A stretch of DNA of 64,000 nt from Octopus vulgaris (lineage: Eukaryota). The stretch is from contig OX597840.1 of assembly GCA_951406725.2 (NCBI GenBank), forward strand, positions 21,514,001-21,578,000. Direction: 5' to 3'. Each line of letters opens with the position of its first letter. Position 1 is the first letter of the stretch. Of the stretch, positions 13,769 to 27,345 are shown in pieces. The translations under genes and the position numbers were made by a program. The notes under the pieces are model-generated. The model was not told the origin of the DNA and made no database searches. It saw only the letters and a list, made by a program, of their open reading frames with translations.

Positions 13769-13924
13769 GAATAAGAGAAAATAAACAGAGAGAGAATTAA
13801 AAAAAAACTTGTGGATTTAACGATCAAGCATGGCATCACACACACACACCCATGCAGTCATACAATGTGTGTGTGTGTGTGTGTATACATTTATACACTG
13901 TATGCACGATCACATTCATTGTGA

Positions 13925-13967
13925 TCTCGCCTGAAGATCGCAGTGGCGTGAAACTCGAGTCTCCAGA
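13925..13967 (+). ncRNA. Minimal hammerhead motif with perfectly palindromic helix III
   Basis: CTGAAGA(13931-37)-t cgc agtg gcg t-GAAA(13950-53)-CTCGA-GTC(13959-61). Helix III ACTCGAGT is self-complementary and helix I is weak (tct/aga). AATAAA at 13987 and TATTGAGCAC at 14020. Confidence 0.6.
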
Positions 13968-14555
13968 CAAACTTAGTTTCACTTTCAATAAAAAAGAAAT
14001 CCGTATCTTCCACAGCACGTATTGAGCACTCCAATCTCATTCGTCCGACATAAGGCAACATGCTAATTAATTACACACACACACACACACGTGTCTGTAG
14101 GGGGCTACATACATATATTCATACATACACACGCACCTACATATATGTACACACCCATCATCATCATCATACGTAACAACTAAGAATGCAGCAGCAACAG
14201 CCACTATGAAGTGAAATAAATGAAATAAAAAGTAGATAGATAGATAGATAGATAGATAGATATGTTTCTTTATTAGCCACACAGGGCTGCACACAGACGT
14301 TACAAATTACAAAGTAGAGCTTTTCTTTTGGGGGAGAAAAAACAAAGTGGGGTAGGTTTTCGATCAAAAGGGATCGTAAAAGGGAAAGAAAAGAAAAAAA
14401 AAACGATCAAGAAAAAAAAACGATCAATAGGGATCGTGTATCACAGAAATGTCATGATGTAAAGAGCAAAGGGGGAAACAGATAAGGTTTATCCGTGAAA
14501 AGAAAAGCCTACGGAAAAGACCACGGTAACCTCGGTCAATAATTAGTATCTATAG

Positions 14556-14645
<90 letters not shown>

Positions 14646-15429
14646 TGAAAGAGAGAAATAGTGAAAGTGAATGAGAGAAAAAGAAAGAGAAAACCAAAAG
14701 AATGCAGACGAAGAAAGTGTTAGTGCGAAAGAAAAGGAAGCCAACATGATGAGGCGTAGTGGGAGAGGAAACCAGCTTATAATATAGTTTTAGATATTTG
14801 ACAGATAAAGTTGATAAAAAGGGGGAAGTGTGGAGAAGATAAGAAGAGGGGGAAAAGACACAAACTACAATACAAATGGATCGCAGGAGAGAGTGGAGAG
14901 CCATGACAAGAGAAGTAGGAGAGAAAGGTTGATAAATTAATGTATGAAGAGAGAGGGAGAGAGAGAAAGACAGAGAGATAGTGATAGATAGGAGAGATAG
15001 GTAATTATAAACATTTAGAGAAAGAGAGAGAGTAGAGGGGTTTATATGCGAAAGAAAGAGAATGATGGGAAGGAGAGAGGGGTAACCAGAAAGATCTAGA
15101 TAGATAGAGAGATATAGGCAATGTGCAAGAGGAGGAGAGCGAGAAATTGAGAGAGTAATAGAAATGAGGGAGGGTTAATTGTAAGTGTCTAGATAAATAG
15201 ATATAGGTAGTGAGAGAGGAAGAGAGAGAAACAGGGTGACAGGAAAGAGAGAGAAAGAGCTATAAAGAACTAGATAGATAAATAGATATAGGCAGTGCGA
15301 GAGAGGGAGCGACAGAGCGAAGGAGAGAAATAGTAATAGAAAAGAGAGAGAAGTAGTTATAACTATCTAGATAGATAGAGAAGTATATGCAATGGGAGAG
15401 AGAGAGAGAGAGAGTGACAGTAATGGAAA

Positions 15430-16160
15430 GGAAATAGTAGTTATAACTATCTATCTAGAGAGACATAGGCGGTGCGACAGACAAAAAGAGCGACAGAGTA
15501 ATAGAAAGAAGAGGGGAATAGCTATAACTGTAGATAGAGAGAGAGTTATAAGGCAGTGCGAGAGAGAGAGCGGGAGAGACAGAGTAATAGAAAGGAGAGA
15601 GGAGTAGCTGTGAATATCTCGATAGACAGAGATATAGAGGCAGTGCGAGAGAGAGAGAGTGGGAGAGACAGAGTGAGAGAAAGGAGAGAGTGATAGCTGT
15701 GAATATCTCGATAGACAGAAATATAGAGGCGGTGCGAGAGAGAGAGCGGGAGAGACAGAGTAGCAGAAAGGACAGAGTGGTAGCTGTGAGTCTCTCGATA
15801 GACAGAGATATAGAGGCGGTGCGAGAGAGACAGAGTGAGAGATAGGAGTGAGTGGTAGCTGTGAATACCTCGATAGACAGAGAGGTATAGGCAGTGCGAC
15901 AGAGAGAGCGGGATAGACAGACTAACAGAAAGGAGAGAGTAGTAGCTGTGAATCTCTCGATAGACAGGGATATAGAAGCGGTGCGAGAGAGAGAGCGGAA
16001 GAGACAGAGTGAGAGAAAGGAGAGAGTGGTAACTGTGAATCGCTCGATAGACAGAGAGGTATAGGCAGTGCGAGAGAGACAGAGTGAGAGACAGGAGAGA
16101 GTGGTAGCTGTGAACCTCTCGATAGACCGGGATATAGAGGCGGTGCGAGAGAGAGAGCGA
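15430..16160. repeat. GA-rich satellite of 75-89 bp units immediately upstream of the CerS ATG
   Basis: The anchor CGATAGAC recurs at 15620, 15709, 15796, 15871, 15958, 16045 and 16120. Confidence 0.9.
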
Positions 16161-16212
16161 CGGTGAGTGAGCGAGGCGCGCGCGTGTGTGTGTGCGAGCG
16201 AGGGTGAACAAC

Positions 16213-16391
16213 ATGGACACGGATTATATTCTGCAGATTTTCTGGCATGAGAAATTCTGGTTACCTGTCGGTACATCGTGGACGGATCTGGAAAGCCACG
16301 AGAAGAATGTGTATTACCCGAGGGCAGCGGACATGTCTCTGGCAGTGCTGGTCGCCGTCGTCTTTCTGGCTTTCCGATACTGTTACGAGAG
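16213..16391 (+). CDS. CERS: First coding exon of a ceramide synthase (LAG1/TLC family, CerS5/6-like; invertebrate schlank-like)
   Basis: Translates MDTDYILQIFWHEKFWLPVGTSWTDLESHEKNVYYPRAADMSLAVLVAVVFLAFRYCYER, matching the CerS N-terminal pattern FWxExFWLPxxxxWxDL...YP...DL + TM helix + R..FER. It ends at a consensus donor AG|GTAAGT (intron starts 16392, phase 2), where I recall vertebrate CERS5/6 exon 1 also ends. No downstream exon was recognised. Paralog assignment is uncertain. Confidence 0.92.
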
Positions 16392-18925
16392 GTAAGTTGC
16401 GAGAGGTCCAGGCCTTTTCCTTCCCACCAAATAATCTCTCTGTCTCTGTCTCTGTCGTCCTCCTCCTTAGCTGCCTCGTGTCTCCATACATTCACATATA
16501 TACACACACACATACTATATACACACTGTACATTCATATATATATATAATTTATATATATCATATATATTACATATGTGTAGATGTATGTATAATATGTG
16601 TGTATAGACACATATATGTTTGTGTATATATTCTATGTGTGTGTGTGTGTATACATTGTATACCATGGTGACCACATTGTAGTGTTTCGTATATATACCT
16701 TATGTACCTCGGCGTCTCATAAATAGTATACACAACTTTTATATGTATATATATATGTGTGTATATAATATATATAAATATATATGTACATACATGTGCT
16801 TGTATGTGTATATATATATGTACATATATGTATATAAAGCACGTGTGTTTGTGAAGTATATATATGTAATACACATATATATATATATGTATGTATATAT
16901 ATATACACAATCAAACCTCATAATCACATCCTCGCACCTATATAATATATATATATGTATATATATACATATACACACACACATATATGTGTGTGTGTGT
17001 GTGTCCACACGTCTATGTCTGTGTATATGTAAATTGACTCAGTATATAACATGAAAGGATATTAAATTGACATTCTTTATTAGTAAATATATAAATAAAT
17101 ATGATCCACTTAGACACCTTATTATAACATTATATTTATTATATTGTGACACACGTACACACAGATTACTTCATATTAAACTGGAGCGCCCAACGCCATG
17201 GCTCTCACTCCTCCTTACCTTTCTAAGTCACACATCACCACGCTGCTATTACTAAATTTCTAGTCACACCATTGACACTAGTATGCTTACTTCGTTACTG
17301 GTCTCTGCAATTGTACCACATTTCAGGATCCACCCCTCAATCGCTACACACAACTATTTTTCTAGACACTCCACAGGCACCCTGATAAACCGTTTTACTA
17401 ACCAACCCGCTCTCATCGGGGCTCGGGACTTGTTACACTCGCTACACCTTGATACAACAAGAAACTGTCATACCACACCATTTTTTTTTCTTTCACAATC
17501 ATACGACGGTAGAGTCATTAACACACATACACGTGCTCGCATCCCCCACATATATATATATATATATGTATATATATGAAACGAGAAAAGCCTTCTAGTG
17601 TGTTTAAGTACTGTGATGTCTATATCTAAGTATATATTAACTGTGTGGTGTGTATATATATACATATATATACGTTATGGGTCTGCACTAATTATTTTAT
17701 TCAACCTAGTTCGAGTTCTTTTCTTGTCCATCATTTCCTGTTCGTCTCCCGTACACATGTTATCATTTAATCAGATGTTCATGTTTTCGATCGTCGCATT
17801 TCTCTCTACACATTCATATTTTTCTATAATAAAATTCCTAGCAGCGGCCGGCATACTTGAGTAACTTTATACCAAAGTTTTTTTCTTTTGCTTTTCTAAT
17901 AAGAATTCATAAACAGCTCACACACAACATATAACCTATTTTATTACAAGCCATAAATGTTTCCAAAGAGGCACGAGGCCACATTTTGGGGGCGAGGCAA
18001 CACTTAATTTAGATCGATCTCTGTTCGTGATTCTATCGACTCCCCCCCATAAATGGTGAAAGATAGGGTTTTGTGGAAATTTGAACTTTGGATGTAATTA
18101 AAAACTGATTGACCGACATAGTGCCCGATCTTAAATAGAAATGGAAAAAAGAAAGAAAACACTTTCACATAATCAATGTAATGATTTCTGCCGTGTGTGA
18201 CAGCATTCGATTAAATCGACCACAACACTTTACTGGTATTTATTTTATGGACACCAAGACAAGATGTTAGACAACGTTGTCACCGGCAGGATTTGAACTC
18301 TGAAGTGGACACAAAGGGACGTAACTAACTTCTCTGTGACATTTTTGCCCGTTGCTCTACCGACTCCGCCGCTTCCGCAGCCGTTAATAAGGATATTAAT
18401 CATCATCATCGTCCTGTCTACTGAATGCACAAGGCCTGATACTTTGGGGGAGGGGAATAGTCGATTACATCGAACCCCAGTGTGTCACTGGTACTTAATC
18501 TGTCGACCCCGAATTCTGTAGGTACAAAACCAGAAGTGTGGGTGAGTGTTAAGTGGATTACATCGGCGTCAGTGCTCGACTGGTTCTTTATTTTACCGAC
18601 CCCGAATGGATAAAAGGTAAAGTTGTCGACCTCGACGGAATTCGAACTCGGAACGTGAAACCGGAAGGAATTCCGCTAAGCACTTTGTCCGGTATGCTAA
18701 CGATTCTACTGACTCATACGATTAATAGTAATTCAAATATGGGGACACAAGGCTCGACATTGAAAGTGGGGTTAACTGATCCCATCAACTCCACTGGTTC
18801 TGTATTTTATCGACCCCTCCCCAACAAATAAATGAAAAGCAAAGTTCACCTCAGCAAGATTTGAACCTAGAATCTTAAAGAGCCGGAAGAAATGCTGTTG
18901 AACATTTTTGTCCGACACTCTAAAC

Positions 18926-19242
18926 CCGGGGTTCTCAACCATTTCTTATGTATGGATCCCTTTGGTTACTATTTTATTCTGGTGAACCCTCATAGCCTTT
19001 CAGTGTTTAAAATCTAGTTTTATGGAATCTTCTTTCAAAATTCCTTTTTAATATTTCACACATCAACTTGTGTAAGTTGATCTCTGTTAGAGAAAGAAGC
19101 CTGGAGCTGTTTCTTTCAATACATACATCTAAGGCAAAATATTTACAGGGGCCCTTAAAATACTATTACAGATACCCCAATTTACTATTCTGTTACACGG
19201 GGCCCCCAAAAATATTATATGGATCCCATTTGAGAACCACTA
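18926..19242. mobile_element. hAT (Charlie-like) MITE with 8-bp TSD
   Basis: Termini CCGGGGTTCTCAA / TTGAGAACCACTA; TSD CTCTAAAC at 18918-18925 and 19243-19250. Confidence 0.85.
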
Positions 19243-20929
19243 CTCTAAACGATGCCTGTCAACCTTAATAACAACTAGGTTAGACATCGGTCCACACCCA
19301 CATTCCTCATCTCGTACTTTCCCTTCCGCCTTTATTTATTTTATTATTTTATTTTGCGCCTTAAGCACGAGGGAAGATGTTTTCTCGGGCGATTCATCAA
19401 CTGTTGAACAGAAGATGGAAATCTAGTGTAATTTAACAGAATTAACCTCAGTATTTCACTGGTTATTAACGCACTTTCGCTTCCAAATGAATGAGTCGCC
19501 AAATAACTCCTTATTCAATTAAATAATGGTAATGCTAAGAGTTAGATATCAAACCTTTTCCCGCGACTCCCATTATATTAATAGCATGATCGTTATTTTA
19601 CATAGATATCGGTTTGCATGCGACGGTTTTAAAAGGGTACGTATGAAGAATGTTATAATGTTCATGCTTTTCTCAGAGTGAGATATTAAGAACATGAGTG
19701 GCGTGACCTGGAATGGTTTAATCAGGGAACGGAATCTGTCCCATAACGGGGGATTCCGTTCGTTGAGAAATCGGCTGTTGTTTTAGTTCGTATCAATCGT
19801 AATCGAGTAAATTTAACTTATTTATGATCAAAGAAGTTCCAGTTGTGGCCATTCGTGTAATCACAACTATATTACCCAAGCTATCTTTGTTTTGTTTTTT
19901 TATGATGGCAGCGTGTGATTTGAGGGAGATTTCTGGCAAATAGAATGGTCCTCGATGCTTCGAAGTGTGAGTGTATGGGAGGACGTGTTTACTCGTGGGT
20001 CTGACGAGAAAGAAACTAAACGAGAAACCTCGTACTAAATAGGCGTGGCAGTGGTAAGAAGCTTGTTTCCCGATCATGTGATCTTCAGTACAGTCTCCAT
20101 GCGTGGCACCGTGTGTGTGGTGTGTGTGTGTGTGCGCTTGTCCCTACCGCTTGGCAATCAGTGTTGGTTTGTTTACGTCCTCATAACTTAGCGGTTCGGC
20201 GAAAAGAGATCGAGAGAATTAGTACTGTAGTCAATTTATTCAACTTCAATTCTTCAAGGCAGCGGTTCCAGCATGGCCGCTGGCCAAAGACTGAAACAAA
20301 TAAAGGATGAAATAAATTGAGCATTTGTCCGATGATTCGTCCGAAGGAATTGTGAGATGTTGTGGCTCTCATTCCCACTTCACATCCAGGTTTGTTTAAA
20401 AATTGAGGGGGAAGTCCTGCTGAAAATGTAATGCTGTTTGTCAGGGCACCCCTTATAATAAGTTCTTAACATTTGTCTACGATTAATTACTTCTTTACTC
20501 CCTGGTGCTGCTGATCTTATTGCCAAAGGCGTTCCAGACATGACCGTTCCATCGATTTTTTTTTTTTTACTTTGAGGCATTGTGTACCCAAGATCACATA
20601 ATCCAATCTTTCATGTTTTTATGGAATCTTTTATCTTTTTACTTGTTTCAGTTATTGGATTGTGGCCATGCTGGGGCACCACCTTGAAGGGTTATAGTTG
20701 AACAAATCAACCCCATTACTTTTTTTAAAAGTCTGGTATTTATTCTATTGATCCTGCTGCCAAACTGCTAAGTTGCAGGGTTGCTGAAATGCAAACAAAC
20801 ACCAGGTGTCAAGCAATGGTCCCACACACACACATTACCATGAACACCAAGAGCAATTAACCCCTCCAATTGTAGTTCTTTCACCTAGAAGCTTAGAGTG
20901 ACCCCCTCCACTGTTAGCATTTTTTTGCC

Positions 20930-21250
20930 AGTCACCTGCTTTTAAATATATTCATTTGAGAACAGTTCCTTCCTACCCTTGTCTTTCTTTTCACTGGAAC
21001 TTGAAAAAAATCCATGAGGGAATCAGCCAAAGAGGAAAGGGTCTGTTCTCAGTTCCTTCAACCTCGTCCACCTCAGAACCTTTTTTTGCTGTGGCCACCA
21101 GACAGAGGAAGAAAAGTACTTTCTCTGTCCAGGCAGCTGGTTTGTCATCACAATGGATGTAGCTGACAGCTGGGTCTATCCCACGTGCAAAAGCAGCTGC
21201 TTGACATAACTCTGCAAACCAGTAATGTCTGAGAAGACGTCAAGCTAAGT
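20930..21250 (-). mobile_element. Possible decayed L1/Tx1-like ORF2 C-terminal fragment
   Basis: Minus strand gives FFLCLVATAKK..WTRLK and DFFKF; non-repetitive, coding-like composition. Confidence 0.35.
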
Positions 21251-22405
21251 AAAATCATACAAACAGGTTTGTCTTTTACAGGAGTTTGTGTCAGTGCTGT
21301 GTAAATGCATCCATGCCAGTGGCACATAAAAAGCACCTGGTACACTCTTTTAAGTGGTTGGCATTAGGAAGGGCAGCCAGCCTTAGAAACCATGCTATAA
21401 CAGACAATCGGAGCCTGCTCAGCTCTCTGGCTGACCAACTCCTGTCCAGCCATCCACCCCATGCCAGCGTGGGAAATGGACATTAAACTGTATAACACAA
21501 TGGGATGGGTATGTATCTTAGCTTATATTATTTCTTTATTGCCCACAAGGGGCTAAACACAGAGGGAACAGACAAAAGGATTAAGTCGATTACATCGACC
21601 CCAGTGCGTTACTGGTACTTTATTTATCAACCCCGAAAGGATGAAAGGCAAAGTTGACCTCGGCGGAATTTGAACTCAGAACGTAACAGCAGACGAAATA
21701 CCACTAAGCATTTCGCCCGGTATGCTAACAGTTCTGCCAGCTCGTCACCTTAGCTTATATTACTGTACCTATTATTGATAGAGAGAATATTGAACAAGAT
21801 AGGGTAGCGAATGAGATGGAGGTGGTAGTGAACGAGAGAGAGGGTGGTAGTGAATGAGAGAAGCTGGTGTTATTAGAATTGGATTCTCTCTTTTTACTCA
21901 CAAACACTCATCATCATTGTTGCTTTAATGTTCACTTTCATGATTACATGGGTTGGAGCAAATTTCTTGAGGTGGATTTTGTTCTATGGCTGGATGCCCT
22001 TCCTGCTGCCAACCTTCACTCGTTTCCAAGAAAGACAATGTCTCCCCTAACCAGACAGGTCTCAGAAGATTGGAAACAAAAGGACACCACATGCATGAGA
22101 GTAAGCACTGGTTTATAAGTTTCATATGATGCCAAGGAGACAATAACACACACACACACACAACTCTGTGTGTGTGGTAGACATCTTTCAGTTATTTGAT
22201 TGTGGCCATGCTGGGGCACTGCCTTGAAGGGTTTTAATCAGACAAATCAACCCCAGGACTTATGTTTTTTAACCCTAGTACTTATTCTGTCAATCTCTTG
22301 CCGAATCGCTAAGTTACAGGGACAGAAAAACATCATCATGGGTTGTCAGGTGATGGTGGGGGAAAAACAAAAACACAAAGACACACACATGTGGATGGAT
22401 GGATG

Positions 22406-22473
<68 letters not shown>

Positions 22474-22965
22474 ACAGGCTTCTTTCAGTTTCCATCCACT
22501 AAATCCTCTCACAAGGCTTTGGTTGGCCTGAGGCTATAGTAGAAGACACGTGCCCAAGGTGTCACACAGTGGGACTGAACCCAAAACCAAGTCTTACCAC
22601 CCAGCCATGCTTGTGCTTACAAAGCTTATTTATTGCTATATCTTGATGCAATGGACATCCAAGATGGCAAATAAAATCTCATCAAACCGGTTTCCATTTC
22701 AAATTAAAAGTGCATCAACGCATCAACACCTCCATCACTACAGCAACTGACAAAAGTACAAACACCAGGACTTGTGGTTTCTTAACTACTTTAGACTCAT
22801 CATCATCGTCAGTGTGTATATATGTATATATATATATATATAAAAGCAATAAAGTTAAAGTCTGGTCATAAAGTGACGAATGGTTTTGCGTTCACAAAAG
22901 CTGCAGCTCATCAGACACCATACAACTTTCCGTATCCGAGAGATGAAGAGTTAAATTTGTCTTTG

Positions 22966-23033
22966 TATAGAATCTGATGAGCTGTCCACAAAGCTGCGGC
23001 TTTTGTGGATGCGAAACCTTTGGTCACTCTGTG
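22966..23033 (+). ncRNA. Type I hammerhead ribozyme motif (canonical core)
   Basis: tatagaat-CTGATGA(22974-80)-G[ctgtccacaaagc tgcg gcttttgtggatg]C-GAAA(23013-16)-CC ttt G-GTC(23023-25)-actctgtg. All core nucleotides are present, with G10.1-C11.1, a long helix II, a 3-bp helix III, and helix I with GU pairs. Confidence 0.8.
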
Positions 23034-23809
23034 ACCAGACTTTAACTTTATTGCTCTAATACTTTACAGCTCTAAGGTGGTGAGCTGGCAGAAACGTTAG
23101 CAGGCCAGGCGAAATGCTTAGCAGTATTTCATCTGTCTTTATGTTCTGAGTTCAAAGTCCACCGAAGTTGACTTTGCCTTTCATCCTTTCAGGGTCGATA
23201 AATTAAGTACCAGTTACGTACTGGGGTTGATGTAATCGACTGGTCCTCCTCCCCGCAAATTTCAGGCCTTTAAAGTGTCCTTCTTATTTGGATATATAAT
23301 ACATTGACAAACTATATATATATACTCATCATGCTGGAGTGCTGAACTCTACAAGTTTTTTCATTCTCTCTCTGTTTATTTTCTCTTATTCCTTTCTGTT
23401 GAAGAGCAAAGGCTCAAAACGTAAAAGACTTTTTCATTTCTCTTGAGTGTCTAAATACACCTGTCTTCGTCTTTTGCCTTTCTATAAATTTCAACTATTT
23501 AATATATTAATATGTAAAAGTAAGATTTAAGGATCCAGGTGTAGGAAGTTAGTAAGCTTCAAACAGTCTGTAGAAGGTTTAAAACCAACTTTCTGGAACA
23601 AAAGTGGTTTTATTAATGTAGAAGATTATAAATTTTTCCCATATCGAAGTTCAATAAGCTAAAAAAAGGTTATTTTGTAGTTCACGGTTAGCAGCTGAGA
23701 TTGTTGTTTATGTGAATAAAAGTCCAAAAATCTAAATTTCAAGAATGGAGTAAATAAATGTATAAAGCCTGAATTTTATCTACTCCATTCCCTCAGTTTG
23801 GATATGGAT

Positions 23810-24022
23810 ATACTCTTTTACTTGTTTCAGTCATTTGACTGTGGCCATGCTGGAGCACCACCTTTAGTCGAGCAAATCGACCCTGGGACTTATTCTTTGT
23901 AAGCCCAGTACTTATTCTATCGGTCTCTTTTGCCGAACCGCTAAGTGACGGGGACGTAAACACACCAGCATCGATTGTCAAGCAATGCTAGGGGGACAGA
24001 CACAGACACACAAACATACACG

Positions 24023-24068
<46 letters not shown>

Positions 24069-24228
24069 CAGGCTTCTTTCAGTTTCCGTCTACCAAATCC
24101 ACTCACAAGGTATTGGTCGGCCCGGGGCTATAGCTGAAGACACTTGCCCAAGGTGCCACGCAGTGGGACTGAACCTGGAACCATGTGGTTGGTAAACAAG
24201 CTACTTACCACACAGCCACTCCTGCGCC
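23810..24228 (-). mobile_element. SINE family A copy
   Basis: Full-length reverse-complement copy. Confidence 0.88.
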
Positions 24229-24601
24229 TATATACATATATAAATTTTGAGTACCTTTTTACATGCCACTTCACGCACCTATTTTTAGCATAAAAAGATA
24301 TGTCTAGATGCATAGGTCCATGTGTGCATGCATTATTGTCTCCTTATCTTGACATAGCTGCAAATGAGTCACAGTCATACAAACTGTCATTCATTTCCGA
24401 TCTTCTGGTCATGGAGAAATATGAGGCTTTGTAACAGGTGAATGTTGGTGACAGGAAGAGCTTCCGGCTGTAGAAAATCATTGAACCCTGTTACACCTCT
24501 GCAAGCATGGACAAGTGGCTACAAGAAGTTGAATGTGTCCTTATTGGCATACAGAGATCAGATAAGAATAAGGTTGCTGTGCCTTCAATCGTTGGTCTGA
24601 T

Positions 24602-25622
24602 CCATGGCTTCTCAACCATTTTTTATCTATGGAACCCTTTGATTACCATTTTAATCTGCTGGACCCCGAAAGCAGTGCTTTTCAAACTTTTTACTGGAGA
24701 GCGGAACCCCAAGGAAACATTCCACTGGCTCGAGGAACCCCTGTGCAATAATTTAATAGTTTTATGCACACATATCTGCACAGGAGAATTAAAAATTACT
24801 GCCGATTTTAGTAGTTTTGTAACTTCTTGCGGAACCCCTGGACTGTACTGGCAGAACCCTAAGGTTCCGCGGAACCCTGGTTGAAAACCACTGCCCTATA
24901 CTCATTCAATTTTAAAAACTAGTTTTATAGAAACTTCTTTAAAAATTCTTGTTTTGTTTTTCACACATTAACTTGTGTAGGTTGAACCATGTATAATATT
25001 AGAGAAAGAAACCTAGATAATAATAATAATAATAATAATAATAATATGTTGGTGTCCTACATGTTTGGAAAAACCTACATTTTATGTGCTTGAGAAGATC
25101 TGTCAAGTGAAATCGTAGTCATGGCCGTTGTCAATGTCCCATGACTGGCACCTGTGCCAGTGTCACATAAAAAGCATCTTTTGAGCCTTGGGTCTTGTGG
25201 AAGCAGTGACAGATGACCGAGACCTTTGGCCATATGCTGTGCTTCAGTAGAAGACCCATCAAACCAAGTGAAATCATAGCCGTGGCAGATACCAGTGTCA
25301 CACACAACTGGCACATGTGCCGGTGGCACATAAAAACACCTGTTACACTCTCAGAGTGGTTGGCGTTAGGAAGGGCATCCAGCCATAGAAACCCTGCCAA
25401 ATCAGACTGGAGTCCAGTGCAGCCCCTCAGCTTACCAGCCCTGGTCAATCTGTCCAACCCATGCCAGCATGGACAATGGACGTTAAATGATGATGATGAC
25501 ATTTCAAGTAAAAAAATTTTTCAGGGGCCTTTAAAATACTACCATTGATCCCCAAGTTACTATTCTGTTGTGTGGACCCGCCCCCACCAAATCTTATATG
25601 GACCCTGGTTGAGAATTGCTGG
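24602..25622. mobile_element. hAT MITE (family of 18926) interrupted by a nested MITE (24673-24893) and a LINE 3' fragment (about 25040-25500)
   Basis: The pieces align co-linearly with 18926-19242 on either side of the two insertions. Confidence 0.7.
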
Positions 25623-26529
25623 TCTAAACGACCAGTTTTGATTTGGAATGAAACAACTGTATGTGTGTGTGTGTGTGTAGTGCAGTGTGTGTGTGTGTAC
25701 ATGTGTTGTTGAAAGTGTTTCACACGAGACTTCCCATCCATAAATAATTTTTCAGCTTCAGTGATAATTGCTTCTAATACAGAGAAAGGGAATTCGGAGG
25801 AAGGGGACTTCATAATTACCATATTCTGTGTGTGTGTGTGTGTCCTGGGCTTATTTGTAGAGAAGAAGCCACATTGAATAAAGGATTCAAAGTATTAGGA
25901 TTGCGTGACAATATCATTATACAATATGTAGGTGTGTACATACACACACACACATATATGTATATGTGTGTGTCTATATGTGTCTGTGTGTGTGTATATA
26001 TATATATATATTGTGTGTGTGTGTGTGTATATATATTTGTATGTGTGTGTGTGTGTATATATATTTGTATGTATGTGTGTGTGTGTATATATATTTGTAT
26101 GTATGTGTGTGTGTGTGTATATATATTTGTATGTGTGTGTGTGGGGTGTATGTATAGTATATATATATGTATATAGATATTATAATATGTATATATATAT
26201 ATGCATATAGATATGTATAATATGTATGTGTATAAGTATGTAGAATATATATGTATATAGGTATGTATAATATGTATATAAGTATGTAGAATATATGTAT
26301 ATAGGTATGTATGATATGTATGTAAGTATGTAGAATATATGTATATAGGTATGTATGATATATGTAGGTTTGTGTAAAGGTATGTATGACCTATATCTGT
26401 ATATAAGTATATATGACCTATATATGTATATAAGTGTACATGACCTACGTAGGTAGAGCATGAATGTATAACACAGAGACGTGTATAAACTATGTAGGTA
26501 TGTATAACCCCCCCCTCTCTCTCTATATA

Positions 26530-26577
<48 letters not shown>

Positions 26578-26971
26578 ATATGTGTGTGTCTGTGTTTATG
26601 ATAATTGTTTAATGTCCCTTTTCGCTGCTGCCATGGGTTGTAGACTGGGGTTACAGGGAGGTGTAAATGGAGTGGATCAAAGGGTGGGGGAGTTAGCAAG
26701 ATTGCAAAAGGAGGGGGGAGTTGGGAGGCGAGAGAATGTCACAAGTGGACCCAAATAAGGGGAGGAGGTGTTAGGAGGGGAAGAGTTTCAACAGACACAT
26801 TGTGCATAAGTAGGTTTATGAGGGTGCAGAGGACTTGAACCCTAAACCCCTCGGTCGCAAAGAAAGCTTCTTAACTATACAAACACCCATGCCTGCACCT
26901 GTAATGGTTTGGGTTTTACTGTTTTTGCATTTTACTGAATTGTAAATTCGATAGTTTATAACATGTACACA

Positions 26972-27345
26972 GGCGTAGGAGTGGCTGTGTGGTAAGTAGC
27001 TTGTCTACCAACCACATGGTTCCGGGTTCAGTCCCACTGCGTGGCATCATGGGCAAGTGTCTTCTGCTATAGCCTCAGGCTGACCAATGCCTTGTGAGTG
27101 GATTTGGTAGACGGAAACTGAAAGAAGCCCATCGTATATATGTATATATATATATATGTGTGTGTGTGTGTCCTAGCATTGCTTGACAACCGATGCTGGT
27201 GTGTTTACGTCCCTGTCACTTAGCGGTTCGGCAAAAGAGACCGATAGAATAAGTACTGGGCTTACAAAAAATAAGTCCTGGGGTCGATTTGCCCGACTAA
27301 AAGGCAGTGCTCCAGCATGGCCACAGTCAAATGACTGAAACCAGT
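26972..27345 (+). mobile_element. SINE family A copy
   Basis: Same head, core and tail as 1502-1915. Confidence 0.85.

Noticed and set aside
15455-16675. 406-aa minus-strand ORF, the longest in the window
   Set aside because: It reads through the CT-rich strand of the satellite, which lacks stop codons, and is antisense to the real CerS exon.
16663-16726. Minus-strand GAAACAC...GTGGTC hammerhead-like half
   Set aside because: No intact CUGANGA and no helix I.
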